DNA from: Octopus vulgaris
Taxonomy: Eukaryota
Length of the DNA stretch: 64,000 nt
NCBI GenBank assembly: GCA_951406725.2
Contig: OX597826.1
Span: forward strand, 35,526,001-35,590,000
Direction of reading: 5' to 3'
The position numbers and the translations under genes were made by a program. Position 1 is the first letter of the stretch. Each line of letters opens with the position of its first letter. This document shows, piece by piece, positions 26,244 to 40,092 of this stretch. Under the pieces are notes generated by a model, which saw nothing but the letters and a program-made list of their open reading frames with translations, was not told the origin of the DNA and did not search any database.

Positions 26244-28614
26244 TAAGTATTATGTTTGATAGAATAATCTAAATGCTATTGGTCACATAATTGTAGATGT
26301 TCCTAAAATAGACTGGTTGGTCATGGCTGGAAACTACTTTTATTATAGATTTGTTCAATCACAGTCAATTTGGGGCTAAATAACAAAAGCCATTACTGCT
26401 ATATAACAGGATAGATCGATGGACAGATTAATGGGTGGATGGTATGACTGCATGAAAGATATGCCATTTCAAATATCTGCAAATGGCATGTCATGAAATT
26501 ATAACATATATTCCCTGGCAAATGGCTAAATGTCTTATTTCTCTATTTCATCACCTTTTAAAATGAAGGGATTTGTATGTAGTCAGCGAATCTGAGGTTT
26601 CCTGCTGTGGCTTTTATTAAATTATTATTAAATATCACAGAAATGACTCGAGTAAAAATCAAAATGTTGTGATTGATGATGCAATGAATTAAATAAATTA
26701 GTACAAGATATAAATTCTCTGAGATATTGATTACATGTTCTTCATTAGCACCTTACATCGATCGGTGGAGCGTTTAGTGGTGATGGCGACATCAGAATCT
26801 ATGTGTCAGAATTGTGCATTAGATTAATGTTACTTAAATCATTTATATTTTATGAATGAAAGCAACAGTGTGAAAGCAATATTACTACATCATCCCATGT
26901 GTCACCGTTAGGAAGTGCCACACCTTGCTTTCAGTGCCTCACTCAACAATACAATCACATTAGGAATGTATTATTCCATAACCAAACACCTACCATATAG
27001 ATTTTCCTTTTTCCCATAGATTGCAATTCAACTCTAAACCTGTAAAAGTGGCTATATTAGTTTCATAATTTCTATAATGAAGGACCCTAAAGGGACCTCT
27101 ACAGTACACCAGATATCACTTTATTTGATAGATCTGCACATTTGGACTTTCATCCAGTTATTTTATAGCATGTAATCTAAATGACAGTATCATGGTGCCA
27201 CAAATTCTAAACTGGAATCTCTAACATTAATGACAGTGGATCTTCGTCATTTTTCGAGGAGGATCCAGTTCTTTGATCAACTGAATTACCTGCTCCTGTT
27301 TAAGTGGCTGAGTATCCCTCAGACATTTGTATCCATTACAAAATTCTCTGTGTTTTGAATTTCAGGTACAATCCACCTGAAAGGCTTCTACTCAGTTTCC
27401 GTCTACTCATTCCTTTATAAGTCATGGACTAACTTGAGGCTACTGAAAATGACATTTGGCCAAGCTGGCATTGCTGGGATTGAACCCAGAATCTTGCTGT
27501 TGCAAAGAAAATTCCTTCTGACCAGGTTATATTACTGCTCAGAGCTTTGCTCTCCTAACTCACCCAGTTTCAAACAAGAAACTAAAGGGTTACAAAGAAG
27601 GTTCACCATTAAAATAACTTTGGTTAAAAGCCTTAATTAGTGGAAATGTGGAAAAGCTCTGTGTCTCTACTCTCTCGAATGCTGAGGAGAGTGACATAAC
27701 ATATATATATATATATATGAACATTGATTGAGGGGTATGTTCCAAACTTCAAAATTAGAGAAAATTTTAATACATGAACTGTTAGATAATATCTACCTCC
27801 AAATATACCACCTTTGAAATTACGCAAAAACATTCTATTGTACCAGACTAATAATTAAAGGTCTTCAACTGCCTGCTGAAATTAATGAAAAATATAAAAG
27901 GAACTTTTACTGAAAAACTGACAATAAACATTAGATAAACTCCTAACCACAGTAGCAAACCAGCCTACTATTCGAGGTCTCATTCAGCGAAGATCAGCTC
28001 TTACAAACCCATTCATAGACCAACTTTCAGCCATAAAGCAACAGCACAACTTCTAAAAATTAGATTAAGGTAGTGCTCCAGCATGGCTGCAGTCCTACAA
28101 CTAAAATCATTAAGGAATAAAAGAATAGTCATGTTGCACCTACTAAAATAAATGTATACAGATTTAAAACAGTAAAAATATATATTCATGTAAAATAAAC
28201 TAATATGTAAATAGTTAAAATAACTAAAGCTATGAATACACAATAGAAAGAATTATAGATTTGTTTAAAATAAGAATTATAAATATTTAAAATGAAGAAA
28301 TAAATATTTATTAAAAAAGAAACAACATAAATATATATTATAATGAAATATATATATATATATACACACACACCATAAATAAATAAACAGAATATAATAA
28401 CTATTTTACAGCATATTGGAAAAGTAAACAGAATATTGTGGCTGCTTGGTTAATTAGGAGAATCCAAGTTCCATTCTGCTGCTTGGAGTTTAGCCATTTA
28501 GCATTGAAACTAGCCATATCTGGCCAAATATTTTGTCTGTTTTATGTTCAAATGGACCGGATCTGACCTCTCACACCCACCGTACAATATCATTCATAAA
28601 ATAAATGATCTGTA

Positions 28615-28973
28615 TAGGTGCAGGAGTGGCTGTGTTGTAAGTGGTACCTTGGGCAAGTGTCTTCGACTATAGACTCGGGCCGACCAAAGCTTTGTGAGTG
28701 GATTTGGTAGACAGAAACTGAAAGAAGCCCGTTGTATATATATATTTCTTTACTACCCACAAGGGGCTAAACACAGAGAGGACAGACAAACGGATTAAGT
28801 CGATTATATCGACCCCAGTGCATAACTGGTACTTAATTTATCGACCCCGAAAGGATGAAAGGCAAAGTCGACCTAGGCGGAATTTGAACTCAGAACGTAA
28901 CGGCAGACGAAATACGCCTACGCATTTCGCCCGGCGTGCTAACGGTTCTGCCAGCTCGCCGCCAAGCCCGTTG

Positions 28974-29020
<47 letters not shown>

Positions 29021-29742
29021 TGAAGCATGACCTTTGAACGATGGGCCTCAAAAAGGCAATGACAAAAGACCGAGTCCTCTGGAGGCATGCTGTGACTGAG
29101 AAGTCCACAGCTGTAACCTACACCAGTGTTGCATAACCAGCCCTTGGATCGTAGGGTGACATGCTGTGCTTGAGAAGACCTACTGAGTCAAGTACATCAA
29201 CATCAGCAATATCAAAATCAAATCAAATGGAAATTGTTGTTGCGAGCCCCATGCCAGTAGCATGTAAAAAGCACCATCCAAATGTGGCCGATGCCAGTGC
29301 CGCTTTGATTGACTTCCATGTCAGTGGCATGTAACAAGTACCCACTAAACTCTTTGTGGTTGGCATTAGGAAGGGCATCCAGCTGTAGAAACACTGCCAG
29401 ATCTGACTGGAGCCTGGTGCAGCTTCTTGGCTTCCCAGGCCCCAGTCAAACCATCCAACCCATGCCAGCATGGAAAACAGACATTAAATGATGATGATGA
29501 TATGTGTATGTATATGTGTGAGTGTATGTATGCATATATGCTTGTGTGTCTTTTTCTTCCCCCCAACATCGCTTGACTACCGATGCTGGTGTATTTACAT
29601 CCCCGTAACTGAGCAGTTTGGTAAAAGAGACTGATTGAATAAGTACTTGGCTTACAATGAATAAGTCCTGGGGTTGATTTGCTCAACTAAAGGTGGTGCT
29701 CCAGCATAGTCGCAATCAAATGACTGGAACAAGTAAAAGAGC
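28615..29742 (+). mobile_element. SINE A interrupted by SINE B (-, 28746-28963) and by an RTE LINE 3' end (+, ~29018-29500)
   Basis: 21-bp TSD aagcccgttgtatatatatat at 28725 and 28964; RTE end VVKHDL..MGL..AMT.DR.LWR with (ATG)n tail; SINE A 3' half resumes at ~29505. Confidence 0.85.
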
Positions 29743-29892
29743 AAACTCAACATTAAAATCTTAAAGATACAACCTGCTCACTGTTCTAATTCTCTTCTCT
29801 CACCATTCTCTCTCTACATCCTCCCCACCTGGCTTGCTTTCTCTGCATTCAAACTTATCTCTTTGCTACTACTTCAATGGTACTTTCTAGTC

Positions 29893-30127
29893 ACAAGGTG
29901 GTGAGCTGGCAGGAACGTTAGCACGCCGAGCAAAATGCTTCGCAGTATTTTGTCTGCCGTTACGTTCTGAGTTCAAATTCCGCTGAGGTCGACTTTGCCT
30001 CTCATCCTTTCGGGGTCGATAAATTAAGTACTAGTTACACACTGGGGTTGATATAATCGACTTAATCCGTTTGTCTGTCCTTGTTTGTCCCCTCTGTGTT
30101 TAGCCCCTTGTGGGTAGTAAAGAATTA
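29893..30127 (+). mobile_element. Young SINE family B
   Basis: 14-bp TSD ggtactttctagtc at 29879 and 30128. Confidence 0.9.
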
Positions 30128-30764
30128 GGTACTTTCTAGTCTCTCTTTTTTGCTCTGTCTCTCTTTCTTTGTCTCTCTTTCTTTCTACAGCCATTCATTT
30201 CTCCCTTTTCACTCATTGTCCTCTCCCCACAGCTTCTCTCCCTTCAGAGTTTTCCCCACCCTCATCTATTTCTTCCTTTCATATTTCTTTTCAGACACAC
30301 CTTCTCTCCCACTCACCCTTACATTGTAGAAAACCTGAGGACCCCCTCCAACACAACCTATCTTAACATATTTTCACACTGCCCCTCCTCACACCATTTC
30401 ACAGTAACCCATGGCACTGGTCTCTCCCCTTCTCTTTCATTCCCATACCCTTTCCCACCCCAAATGCTGTCAACTTTGTTACTCACCCCAATCCTGTCCG
30501 TCTCACAACTACAAACCTGTTTCTCTAATTATAATTAATTTCCTTTCCTTGCCTTGCACCACGGAGAATCCTTGGCCCACCCCTCTCCTATTTTCGTTCA
30601 GTTATAAGACACATTAGGAACAGTTAGTCATGAAAAGGTATCAGGAAACTGCACTAATGCAGGTGCCATAAAACTGCACACAATACATGCTGCAAAGTGG
30701 TTGGTGTTAGGAAGGGGCATGATGCAATCCTCCAACTCATTGCATCCTGTTGAACTGTCAGGTA

Positions 30765-30928
30765 CAGGGGCAAACTGACAGTATTAAGGGGCCCTTGGGC
30801 ATAACTGTGTTTTAGTAGAGTCAACATGTAGAGTGCATGTCCGTTGGAGCTCTGGGCCCTTGGGCAGAGCCCAATTGACTGATAGTTCAGTCTGCCTCTG
30901 GCTCAGTCTGCCCCTGGCTCAGTCTGCC
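30765..30928. mobile_element. hAT-like MITE with reiterated right end
   Basis: TIR caggggcaaactga / tcagtctgcc(t/c)ctg, the right end repeated 3 times; gggccctt motifs as in 5863-6147. Confidence 0.6.
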
Positions 30929-32154
30929 ATCATGGAACGTGAGATATTAAATTATGAAGACAATGATAACTATGATATTTGACAAATTTTTCAATCAGTT
31001 TTTGTCTATGCAGTTTCACATGCTACATATAGACATGAGTAAAAGTATCAAACAGTGCTAAAGCAAAGAAGGAGACCGCCATGGTATTACATGACCTGCT
31101 AGAAATAGCAACCAAAAAGTCATCAGGACAGGAAGGGTTTTGATCACGGTTATCTTGGATGAGGGTTGATCTGGATCTAAATGATCACAACATACCTCAC
31201 AAAACACAGAACTGCTTCTGTAGGTGAGGAATTTTGTGTTATTTGATAGATGAGATCTTGCTAAAGCTCTTTGAATGTTTGCCAACAAGAGAGCAGTAAA
31301 TGAGGTCTAAATTTTGCCACGACCTCTTAAATATTCATCTTAACCTGTAATGACCAAAATGACAATTGGCTAATTCAACAACCAACATTTAGTAACATCA
31401 AGCCAAGGATATTGCAAAGTTATTCAAAATGCTACACTCCAGGGACTATGGCTATAAACAAAATGTTTCTTCACTTAAATTTTCTAGTGTCTACAATACT
31501 ATAGCATAGAATGTTGCCAAAGAAATAAAAGTAGAAATGAAAATGGAACAATTAAGTAAATGAGCATTATATTGGAACTAAACACCAAATTCTCAAGAGT
31601 AAAAGCTATAAATCAGAATGTGATAAAGAACAGTTCTTGACCAATGTTATAGAACCACTTTGGAACATTGAGAGGTATTGACACTGTGTGAAAAACTTGA
31701 TAGAATTATTATTGCTGTCATTGTTCTTATTAATCACTCCCAATCAACAAATATTGAACAGAAACTAAGATTGGAGTAACTAATTAAAACATTTCAAACA
31801 AAGTCTAGTTCATCAAATTAATTGAATCTTTAATGCTAGAATAGCATCTTAGCAATAGAAATCGTGCTAGAATCAGAATGACAAGGGAAACTATTTTCAT
31901 GCTAAATATACTTACTCTGCCCAACAGAATACAGAATGGTAGAGGCATGTGTACAGCACCAATCGGAACAAACTGGTTGCTGGATTAAATAATCTACAGT
32001 ATCAAATCTCACCAGCCTATCTACTAAGTCCAAATTCTCCATCATTCAATTTTTGTTTGAAATCATTCTGCAGATGGTATGATAAATATCAGTTAGAAAT
32101 AACCCTAATTCCTTTCATCCCCTTCTTTCTAGTTACTGCCCTTACATTCCCTGT

Positions 32155-32450
32155 ACTAAGCTTGCTTCCCAACCACATGATTCCAGGTTCAATCCCACTG
32201 CATGGCACCTTGGGCAAATGTCTTCTAATATTGCCCCAGGCCAACCAAAACCTTGTTAGTGGATTTGGTAGATGGAAACTGAAAGAAGCTCCTTAGATAC
32301 ATGAGTGTGAGTGTGTGTGTGTGCATTTTTGTGTCTATGTCTGTTTATGTTACCACGACTTGACAACTGGTGTTGGTGTGTTTATCTCCCCATAACACAG
32401 TAGTTCATCAAAAGAGACTGATAGAATAAGTACCAGGCTTGAAAAGAAAA
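32155..32450 (+). mobile_element. SINE family A
   Basis: Consensus match. Confidence 0.8.
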
Positions 32451-32454
32451 TCAA

Positions 32455-33375
32455 GCTCTGACACTCCTGTTTTGCCCCCTTACCACGATGAGGTGGGGTT
32501 GGACGATATTCTGTATCGAATTAACTAATCGGTTTAACGGGTTGGAAGTTCTTCAATCTGCTTCCTCAGATAAAGTCTGGCAAATGGTCAAACACAATCT
32601 TCAATCCATGATGTCCACAACACTTGGCACTACTAAGCGAAAAGGCAAAAATCGGATCTTGGGCCAAACAATCAAAATTGCTGAAAAAGTGAAACAAGCT
32701 CGATGCAACCAATCCGATGCCTTCAGACAACTGCGCCGTGAAGCTGCCCGTTCTGCCCACGCTGATTGAAATAAATTCTGGAGGACAGTGGCTGAAGACA
32801 TGGAATGCACCGCATCTGCTGGGAACTCCCGTAAGCTCTACAGCCTCCTTCGATCGAGCACAAAGACAAGCTGGAGTGGTAACAAAACCATTTTGGACCA
32901 GAATGGCGATCCCATCACCAATCTCACTGAGCACATCATCCGCTGAAGAGACCATTTCGCCAATCTGCTGAACCACGACCACCAGCCCCACTTATCTGCT
33001 CCTGCGATAGACGTGATCCCAGCCTTGTATAACTGCCAAACAGCTCCCCCCATGCTTGAAGAGGTCCTTGTTGTTATCAGAAAGCTCAAAAATAACAAAG
33101 CTACCTGCTGAGATCCTCAAGCATAGTGCAAATATACTGGGGCCCGCGATTCATCAAGTTATCATTCGGGTTTGGGATACAGAAACCCTCCCCCAAGACT
33201 GGAGCGACGCAAAACTGGTACCTTTCTTTAAGAAAGGCGATAAACGCTGCTGCAGCAACCACCGTGGCATCAGTCTGATTGACGTTTCTGCCAAAATATT
33301 TGCATCTATTCTTCTGAGACAATTCCAAACAGAACGTGATTCTAAAACAAGACCAAACCAGTGGGGCTGCGATTC
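32455..33375 (+). mobile_element. RTE-type LINE internal fragment (EN-RT linker, RT N-terminus)
   Basis: ELTNRFNGL, EEV...IRKLKNNKA, LPAEILK, PQDWSDAKLVPFFKKGDK...NHRGISL. Confidence 0.88.
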
Positions 33376-34760
33376 GGACAGAGAACACGGCCTTCTACCT
33401 GTTGAAATGAAAGTGTCGGGGATAGAGTTTGCGATCATGCCCACGAAAACCTCTATCCGGTGTAGGGGTGAGAATCTCCACAAATGGTAGGTTTACATGT
33501 CCGTTGAAGATGCTGAAAGCCGGATGAGATCTCCCTGCATCCTCCGTCGTTCGAGTGAAGGAGATGTTCCTTTTACGAAAGCTTAGACAAGCCCGCGCCC
33601 ATTCGGGTGGTCAAATACTGAACTCGTTCCAGGTGCTGAATGTCTTTCTAGAGATATGGGTTTGAGGTATGGATGCAATATTCGAGGATGGGTTGAACTA
33701 GAGTGGCGTATACAGGCCGAATGACGTCCATTGAAAGGGTGGCAAAGGATTGGTGAATGTGGAAAAGATTCCTTCTGGCTTTGTTCGCCACCTTGATACC
33801 CTGCCATGGTGGTTTGAAAGTAGTACCAATCATTATGTTGATGTTTGTGGCCAATAGTCAAGGGAGAGTTTGGAGGTGAACCTATAGGCAAATGGCTGTA
33901 TTTTGAGGCGTTCAAGGGCAGATCCCATTCTTCCGCCTAATTCCAAGCTCAGTTCAGCGACGGTTGGAGTATGTCGTATTGATTCCTAGTTGAGACAAGT
34001 TTGACATCGTCTACAAATAGGAGAACTCTTCTATCAAGAAAATCTGGCAATTCGTTGATATAGAGAAGGAAAAGTTTTGGCCTCAGCACCGACCCTTGGG
34101 GAACGCCGTTGCATGCATTTGTCTCCGCGGAGAGATCTCCATTTATCTGCCCCCTAAAGGTTCGATAGCTCAGGAAGGAAGAAATCCACGAAATCACCAA
34201 TGGATGAATCTTGAATGCTCGAAGTTTGCACAAGGGAAGTCGGTGATTAACTGAGTCAAACGCCTTTACGAAGTCCAAAAATACCGCGCCCACCTTTTTC
34301 ATCCATAGTCCTTGTAATCCATTCTTCAAGAAGGAGAAGATTTGTTAGGCAAGATCTTCGGGGTAGAAACCCATGCTGTGAGTCAGATATATCTTTGTAC
34401 CATATACAGATAATTGTATAATGCTTTGGTTGAAAATAGCTGTGGGAATGACCTGAACATTGTGAATAAAGACAAAGTCGAGTATGTTATTTTCCCCTAA
34501 TTGGACAGGTAATAATTTGTTGTATGGGAAAGTATTTTGTTGTATCAAGGAAAGCGTTCGTATCCCTCCACTTCAGTTGCTTAGTTCCAGGCTGGATATA
34601 ATCCTCAGACCAGCTAAGATTAGTAAAATTAAAGACCCCTGTTAAAAGCATATTAGCCCATGTGCTGGCCTCAGCTAGAATTAGACTTATGAGCAAAAAA
34701 AAAGCACCTCTGAAGTGATCTTCGTGGTTAACCGGGTCAGGATGGCGGTAGGTAATGCTT
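33376..34760 (-). mobile_element. CR1-like LINE fragment (APE remnant plus RT, internally deleted)
   Basis: FLDFVKAFDSVNH, GVPQGSVL, LFVDDVKL, YATLVQPILEYC, GVFNFTNLSW, NILDFVF. Confidence 0.88.
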
Positions 34761-35419
34761 TTAATATTATTTCCTTTTTATATAGATTAGTCTGAAATTG
34801 TTGCAAATTAGGTAATTTCGAGGTTAGTCTGCAATCATATATAGTTAAATGTTTCCTTTCAACATCCTTTTTTTTAAATTTTTTTATTAAACTGGACTAT
34901 TATTTCGAATGAGCAATAAATATCAAAGCATTTAACAATGAGCATTAAATATCAAGGATAAAAATAAATCATTTGGACCTAAAAACCTAAATGAGAAAAC
35001 CGATATGACTGAAGAATTTTAAAAGGGCTTTTATTTTTAGGCTGGGGTCAAACAATCGAATCCATTCAACCATGTCATCTACAAAGAACTTGAGAGAGGT
35101 GACAGATAGAGAGAGGACAAGAATCTTCACACATTTTCAGCATTGCAAGATTTCGGAGTTATTTTTGTCAGAATAGAGTTGTCTTCAAGAATCCAAATAA
35201 TGCCATGTATTGAAGAGAAACCGTAGATGCTGGTCATGTTGTTGTTCTTGTTGTTTGCTGCTACTGTTGTTGTTGTTACATACTTTTTATTTTGACACTT
35301 CTTTGCTTCAGAAGTTGGTTAGTCATAAATTCCCTTTGGAATTTTAAGCCCAGTTTCATCACTTTTATTTATTTATTTTTGTTCTTTGTTTTTGCTTTGA
35401 AACGGAATCTAGCTTCAAG

Positions 35420-35557
35420 CATCTTATACAGATAAGTTGTAAGACAATTTTCTGAAACTGGTAAAATTATGTAAGGGGTGCAAATTTTGATCTTGCACCA
35501 CCTGAAAATTCCGAGGGGTGCAGGTGCACCCTCTGCACCCTCCGTTCCCGGGCCCTT
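35420..35557 (-). mobile_element. DNA transposon terminus (partner end not found)
   Basis: GC-rich end caagggcccgggaacggagggtgcagagggtgcacctgcacccc with repeated gcaccc motifs, abutting (TA)n. Confidence 0.4.
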
Positions 35558-35567
35558 GTATATATAC

Positions 35568-35633
<66 letters not shown>

Positions 35634-35705
35634 GTATATATACATGTATATATATGTGTATATATACATGTATATATATTTACGCATGTGTGTATATATA
35701 TATAT

Positions 35706-35908
35706 TAGTCAATCCAAACAAAAACAAGCAAGAAAAAACAACAATGCGATGACGTGGTACAAGTATTGTATTACTGGACGCTCAGGAAAGGGAAGAAAAG
35801 AAAGAGCATTTTATGTTTCAAGTGGACCTCTTCATCAGAAATATAGAAAAAGTCCAAAGATGGGAAGACGGAGAAAGAAAATCGCTAACGATACACATGC
35901 GGTCATAT
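35706..35908 (-). mobile_element. Penelope pLTR-like remnant with degenerate minimal hammerhead
   Basis: Minus strand atttCTGATGAagaggtccacttGAAAcataaaat (35808-35842); lies in a TA/TG microsatellite; layout like 14215-14365. Confidence 0.5.
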
Positions 35909-35972
35909 ATGTGTGTGTGAGTGTATGTATGTATATCTATATACTTATAAATGCATATTTATATGCTTTATT

Positions 35973-36022
<50 letters not shown>

Positions 36023-37095
36023 GAAAGATAAAAAAGTAACATGATTGCCCTAGCCAGAAATAGACATATATACACACATGTATATACATAAATATATACT
36101 TACATATACATATATATATCACACTCTCTCTCTATCTCTCACTATCTCTTTATATATATATATATATATATATATATCTTCCTACTTATATACATACATT
36201 AATACATATATACAAACAGGCTGACAGATATACAAACATTTATAATAAATACCTGCACATATATGTACATATACACACATTGAGTAGAAGTTCTATATAT
36301 CTGCTGACATTTCTCTGTGATTGATTTGATAACAATATTTTAGAATTGTTGTATTTTTCATGTTTTGCTTTGCCTTTTTGTTTTCTATTTAATTAGCAGG
36401 AAAATAGCAGAAAAACAAACAGACAAAACATCTAATCTCGAAGATTATTCGTAGTTTGGAGATTGTCTCATTTATTCCAAAGATGAAAGTAGCTTTGTTA
36501 AGTGCAGGTTCGATGGTTCACCAAAACTTCAAAATATATCAACAACCAAACAAAGTCAAAGAATTATGTATTTTTCTATATTTTTGTATCTTATGTATTT
36601 ACGTTTTTTTTTTTGATTATCATTTTCCATTTTTTTTTTTTTGCTTATACAAACAATTTCCAGCTAGAGTATAATCTACTATTGTTCTATGACTTTGGCA
36701 TTTTACAGAAATTTTTTGCGGTCAGGAATTTTGGATGATTTTGATACCCCTTCACCAGCGGCCCCATGCCCATGCCATATCAAAGACATAAAGTAACTAA
36801 CTAAATGTATGTGTATATATAATTGTGTGTGTGTGTGTGAAATGGCTAATCAAAAGGACATAAATAGAAAATGAAAGATTATACAGGAAATAGGAACAAC
36901 TCGTTTTTATTTTTGCGATAATAATTGTTTGTACTGAAACCAGCCATTTAATACATCTCTTCTATAAACCGTTTCTATTTTAGCACCATATATCTCATTT
37001 GTGTTCTCAGTGCAGTCAGATTGATGGAACACACTTTTAACAATGACATTACTTTTAAAGAATATATACATATATATAATAAAAAAAAAAACTTT

Positions 37096-37157
<62 letters not shown>

Positions 37158-37162
37158 ATGTT

Positions 37163-37196
<34 letters not shown>

Positions 37197-37289
37197 ACAA
37201 AATGCTAATTACAACAAAGAATGTTATGGAATTACTTGAAATCAAACAGATCTAATCGTGCAAGAACAATCCTTTACTTTGTACCCACC

Positions 37290-37705
37290 TTTTATCTTTT
37301 CTCTCTTATTTGTTTCAGTTTTTAGACTGTGGCCCTGCTGGGACACTGCCTTCGAGAATTTTTAGTCAAATAAACTGACTCAAGGACCTACTTTTTGAAG
37401 CCTAATACTTATTTTATATGGTCTTTTGTTAAACTGCTGTGTTATGGGGACCTATACACACCAACATCAGTTGTCAAGTGGTGGCAGGGGACAAATACAG
37501 AAATAAAGAAACACACACACACTCACGCATGTGCACACATACAACAGGCTTCTTTCAGTTTCCATCTACCAAATCCACTCGCTAGGCTTTCATCACTCTG
37601 AGATTATAGTGGGAGACATTTGCTTAAGGTGTCATGCAGTGGGACTTAACTCGGAACCATGTGATTGGGAATCAAGCTTCTTACCTCAGAGCCACGCCCA
37701 CACCT
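37290..37705 (-). mobile_element. SINE family A
   Basis: Reverse-complement consensus. Confidence 0.8.
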
Positions 37706-37783
37706 ATGTCATATATTTTTTTACTTTCTTTGCCTGGTGTGACAATAGCAACTTATTAATTTGCAACACCTTTCACAATGCAA

Positions 37784-37816
<33 letters not shown>

Positions 37817-38149
37817 GGAATCGTAGAACACCAGATTTCAAGAGCATTTAAATATGGCACTGTACGTAAAGTAACAAATTCCTTCTGGCATATAAGACAA
37901 ATTTTTTGCAAACCAAAATTTACAACAAAAGTGCAGGTAGATCAAAGACAACTTTGAAAGAGGAAAAATGCTGTGTGAAAAGTAGCAGGATCTGGAAAGA
38001 TTGTGGTGATATTTCAATGTTTACTCTACATGCAAGATTGAAATGTAAACAGAAAATTTCAATAATCAATTATTTTCCTCTTTCTTCAAGAACCAAAGGC
38101 AATTGTTGCAAGCTGTTAAATTTTCTCTTAAGTAAAAGAATTGCAATCA

Positions 38150-38452
38150 ATTTATTATTATTATTATTGCCTTTGCACAGCTTCTAATGCTAGAGATGTA
38201 CTACAGTGTCAGCTGTTCAATACCAGTGAACTAAGGTAACACCCCTTATTTTTCGAGCACCTTCTGGAGTATTCGAGCAGTTCCAAGCAGTGCTGTTTTC
38301 TGCAAATGCTCTACCCTTATTGCAGCCCCTATTTGTTCCATGTACTTCTCAAGATTTTTACTCTCTGTTCCCAGGGCTCCAACAATTATTGGTACTACTA
38401 CCACCTTTTTCATCGACCACAACTGCTTAACCTCCCAAGCTAAACTGTTATT
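38150..38452 (-). mobile_element. R4/Dong-like LINE 3' end with (TAA)n tail
   Basis: WEVKQLWSMKKVVVVPIIVGALG...LQKTALLGTARILQKVLEK*. Confidence 0.85.
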
Positions 38453-38617
38453 CATCATCATCATCATCATTATCATCATCATCATCATCATTTAGTGTCC
38501 GCTTTCCATGCTAGCATGGGTTTGACGGTTCAACTGGGGTCTGGAAAGCCAGATGGCTGCACCAGGCCCAGTCTGATCTGGCAATGTTTCTACGGCTGGA
38601 TGCCCTTCCTAACGCCA

Positions 38618-38656
<39 letters not shown>

Positions 38657-39201
38657 GAGTGAGCGAGCAGAGCATGCCATCAAAGTGACACTGGGGTAAA
38701 ATATACGAAGCCCAGTATACCCATCATGACTACCCGTCTGATAAGGGTACACCAGGCACATGCATCACAACCATATGTGCGTGACATGGTGATCTCATAT
38801 CAAGATAAACAGCACATGACCTTGCAGGTGGAGCCCAGTTAGAATTTTCTTCAGATCGAGTAACCCATCCCGCTCAAAAGGTCCCTGAATAAGGGTTGTT
38901 TAAGGACGTTGAACGAGACACCCATGTTTCCAGAGGTGAATTATTCAAACCCCAAAGAATCCTTCTCAACACATGGCTATGATGCTCCCCCACTACTTCT
39001 GCTCGTGATCAGAGATGCACATATCGTCAGCCACTAAGGGACATGCTCAACTGGTTAAGGTCAAACAACTGACAAGCAAATCTGTGGTATTGAGCAGAAT
39101 ATTTGCTGTAGCCCATCTTTTATACCAAGACAAAACAATGTACATGATAACACTTCCAATCAGTTAAGATCAGAAGCCATGAGAGCCACTGCCTGGTACT
39201 G

Positions 39202-39204
<3 letters not shown>
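38657..39204 (-). mobile_element. ~555-bp non-coding element (family E) inside (AAT)n
   Basis: Highly similar to 49085-49638 and 61471-61742. Confidence 0.85.
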
Positions 39205-39255
<51 letters not shown>

Positions 39256-39256
<1 letters not shown>

Positions 39257-39600
39257 GACGTCAAACAGTATCCAATATCGTGAGGCTGTTGATTAAAGAT
39301 ATTGTGTCTACCAGGGGTTTGTACTCTCTGTACAAGGGATTTGTACCAGGGGTTTGTACTGTTTGTACAAGGACCTCAGACAAACAGTACTTTATGCAAC
39401 ATGCATGCCATTCCAAGTAATGCCGACTTTTGCAATACATCTAGAGTGTAGTGTATTTCTACGGTTTACAGATGTTATTTTCAGATTGGGTGGTATTGAA
39501 CCCAACACTCCGATGACAATAGGGATAACCTTCATGTTCAACTTTGTAGCTACCACATCTTAGCAATCTCAATTCTCAGGTATCCATGTTTATCAACCTT
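39256..39600 (-). mobile_element. Degenerate R4/Dong-like 3' end
   Basis: KVDKHGYLRIEIAKMW...KVIPIVIGVLG...LQKSALLGMACMLHKVL; flanked by (AAT)n. Confidence 0.75.
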
Positions 39601-39629
39601 ATTATTGTTGTTGTTGTTGTTGATATTAT

Positions 39630-39800
39630 TATTCATATACACTCAACAGATTAGGCTTGGAAAAGAAAAGAATCCTAATATCGGGTTACAACAAGTAGCC
39701 TAGATGCCAAGAACCCTTTTATTGGGTTACAGCAAGTAATCTTAGATGCCAAGAAGTATCCTAGCTGTCCTTAATAACACTGTTTCTTGCAACAAGCATT
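39630..39800 (-). mobile_element. Very short R4/Dong-like 3' terminus
   Basis: LLQETVLLRTARIL plus UTR, between (AAT)n tracts. Confidence 0.5.
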
Positions 39801-39824
39801 ATTATTATTATTATTATTATTATT

Positions 39825-40039
39825 AAAGTAGTGAGCTGGCAGAATTGTTAGCATGCTGGAGGAAATGCTTAGCGGTATTTCATCTGCTGCAACATTCTGA
39901 GTTCAAATTCTGCTGCGGTCAACTTTGCTTTTCAATCTTTTGGGATCCATAAAATAAGTACCAGTTGAGGACTGGGGGTCTATGTTATCGATTAGTCCCC
40001 TCCCCACAAATTTGAGGCCTTGTGCCTCCTGTAGAAAGG

Positions 40040-40092
<53 letters not shown>

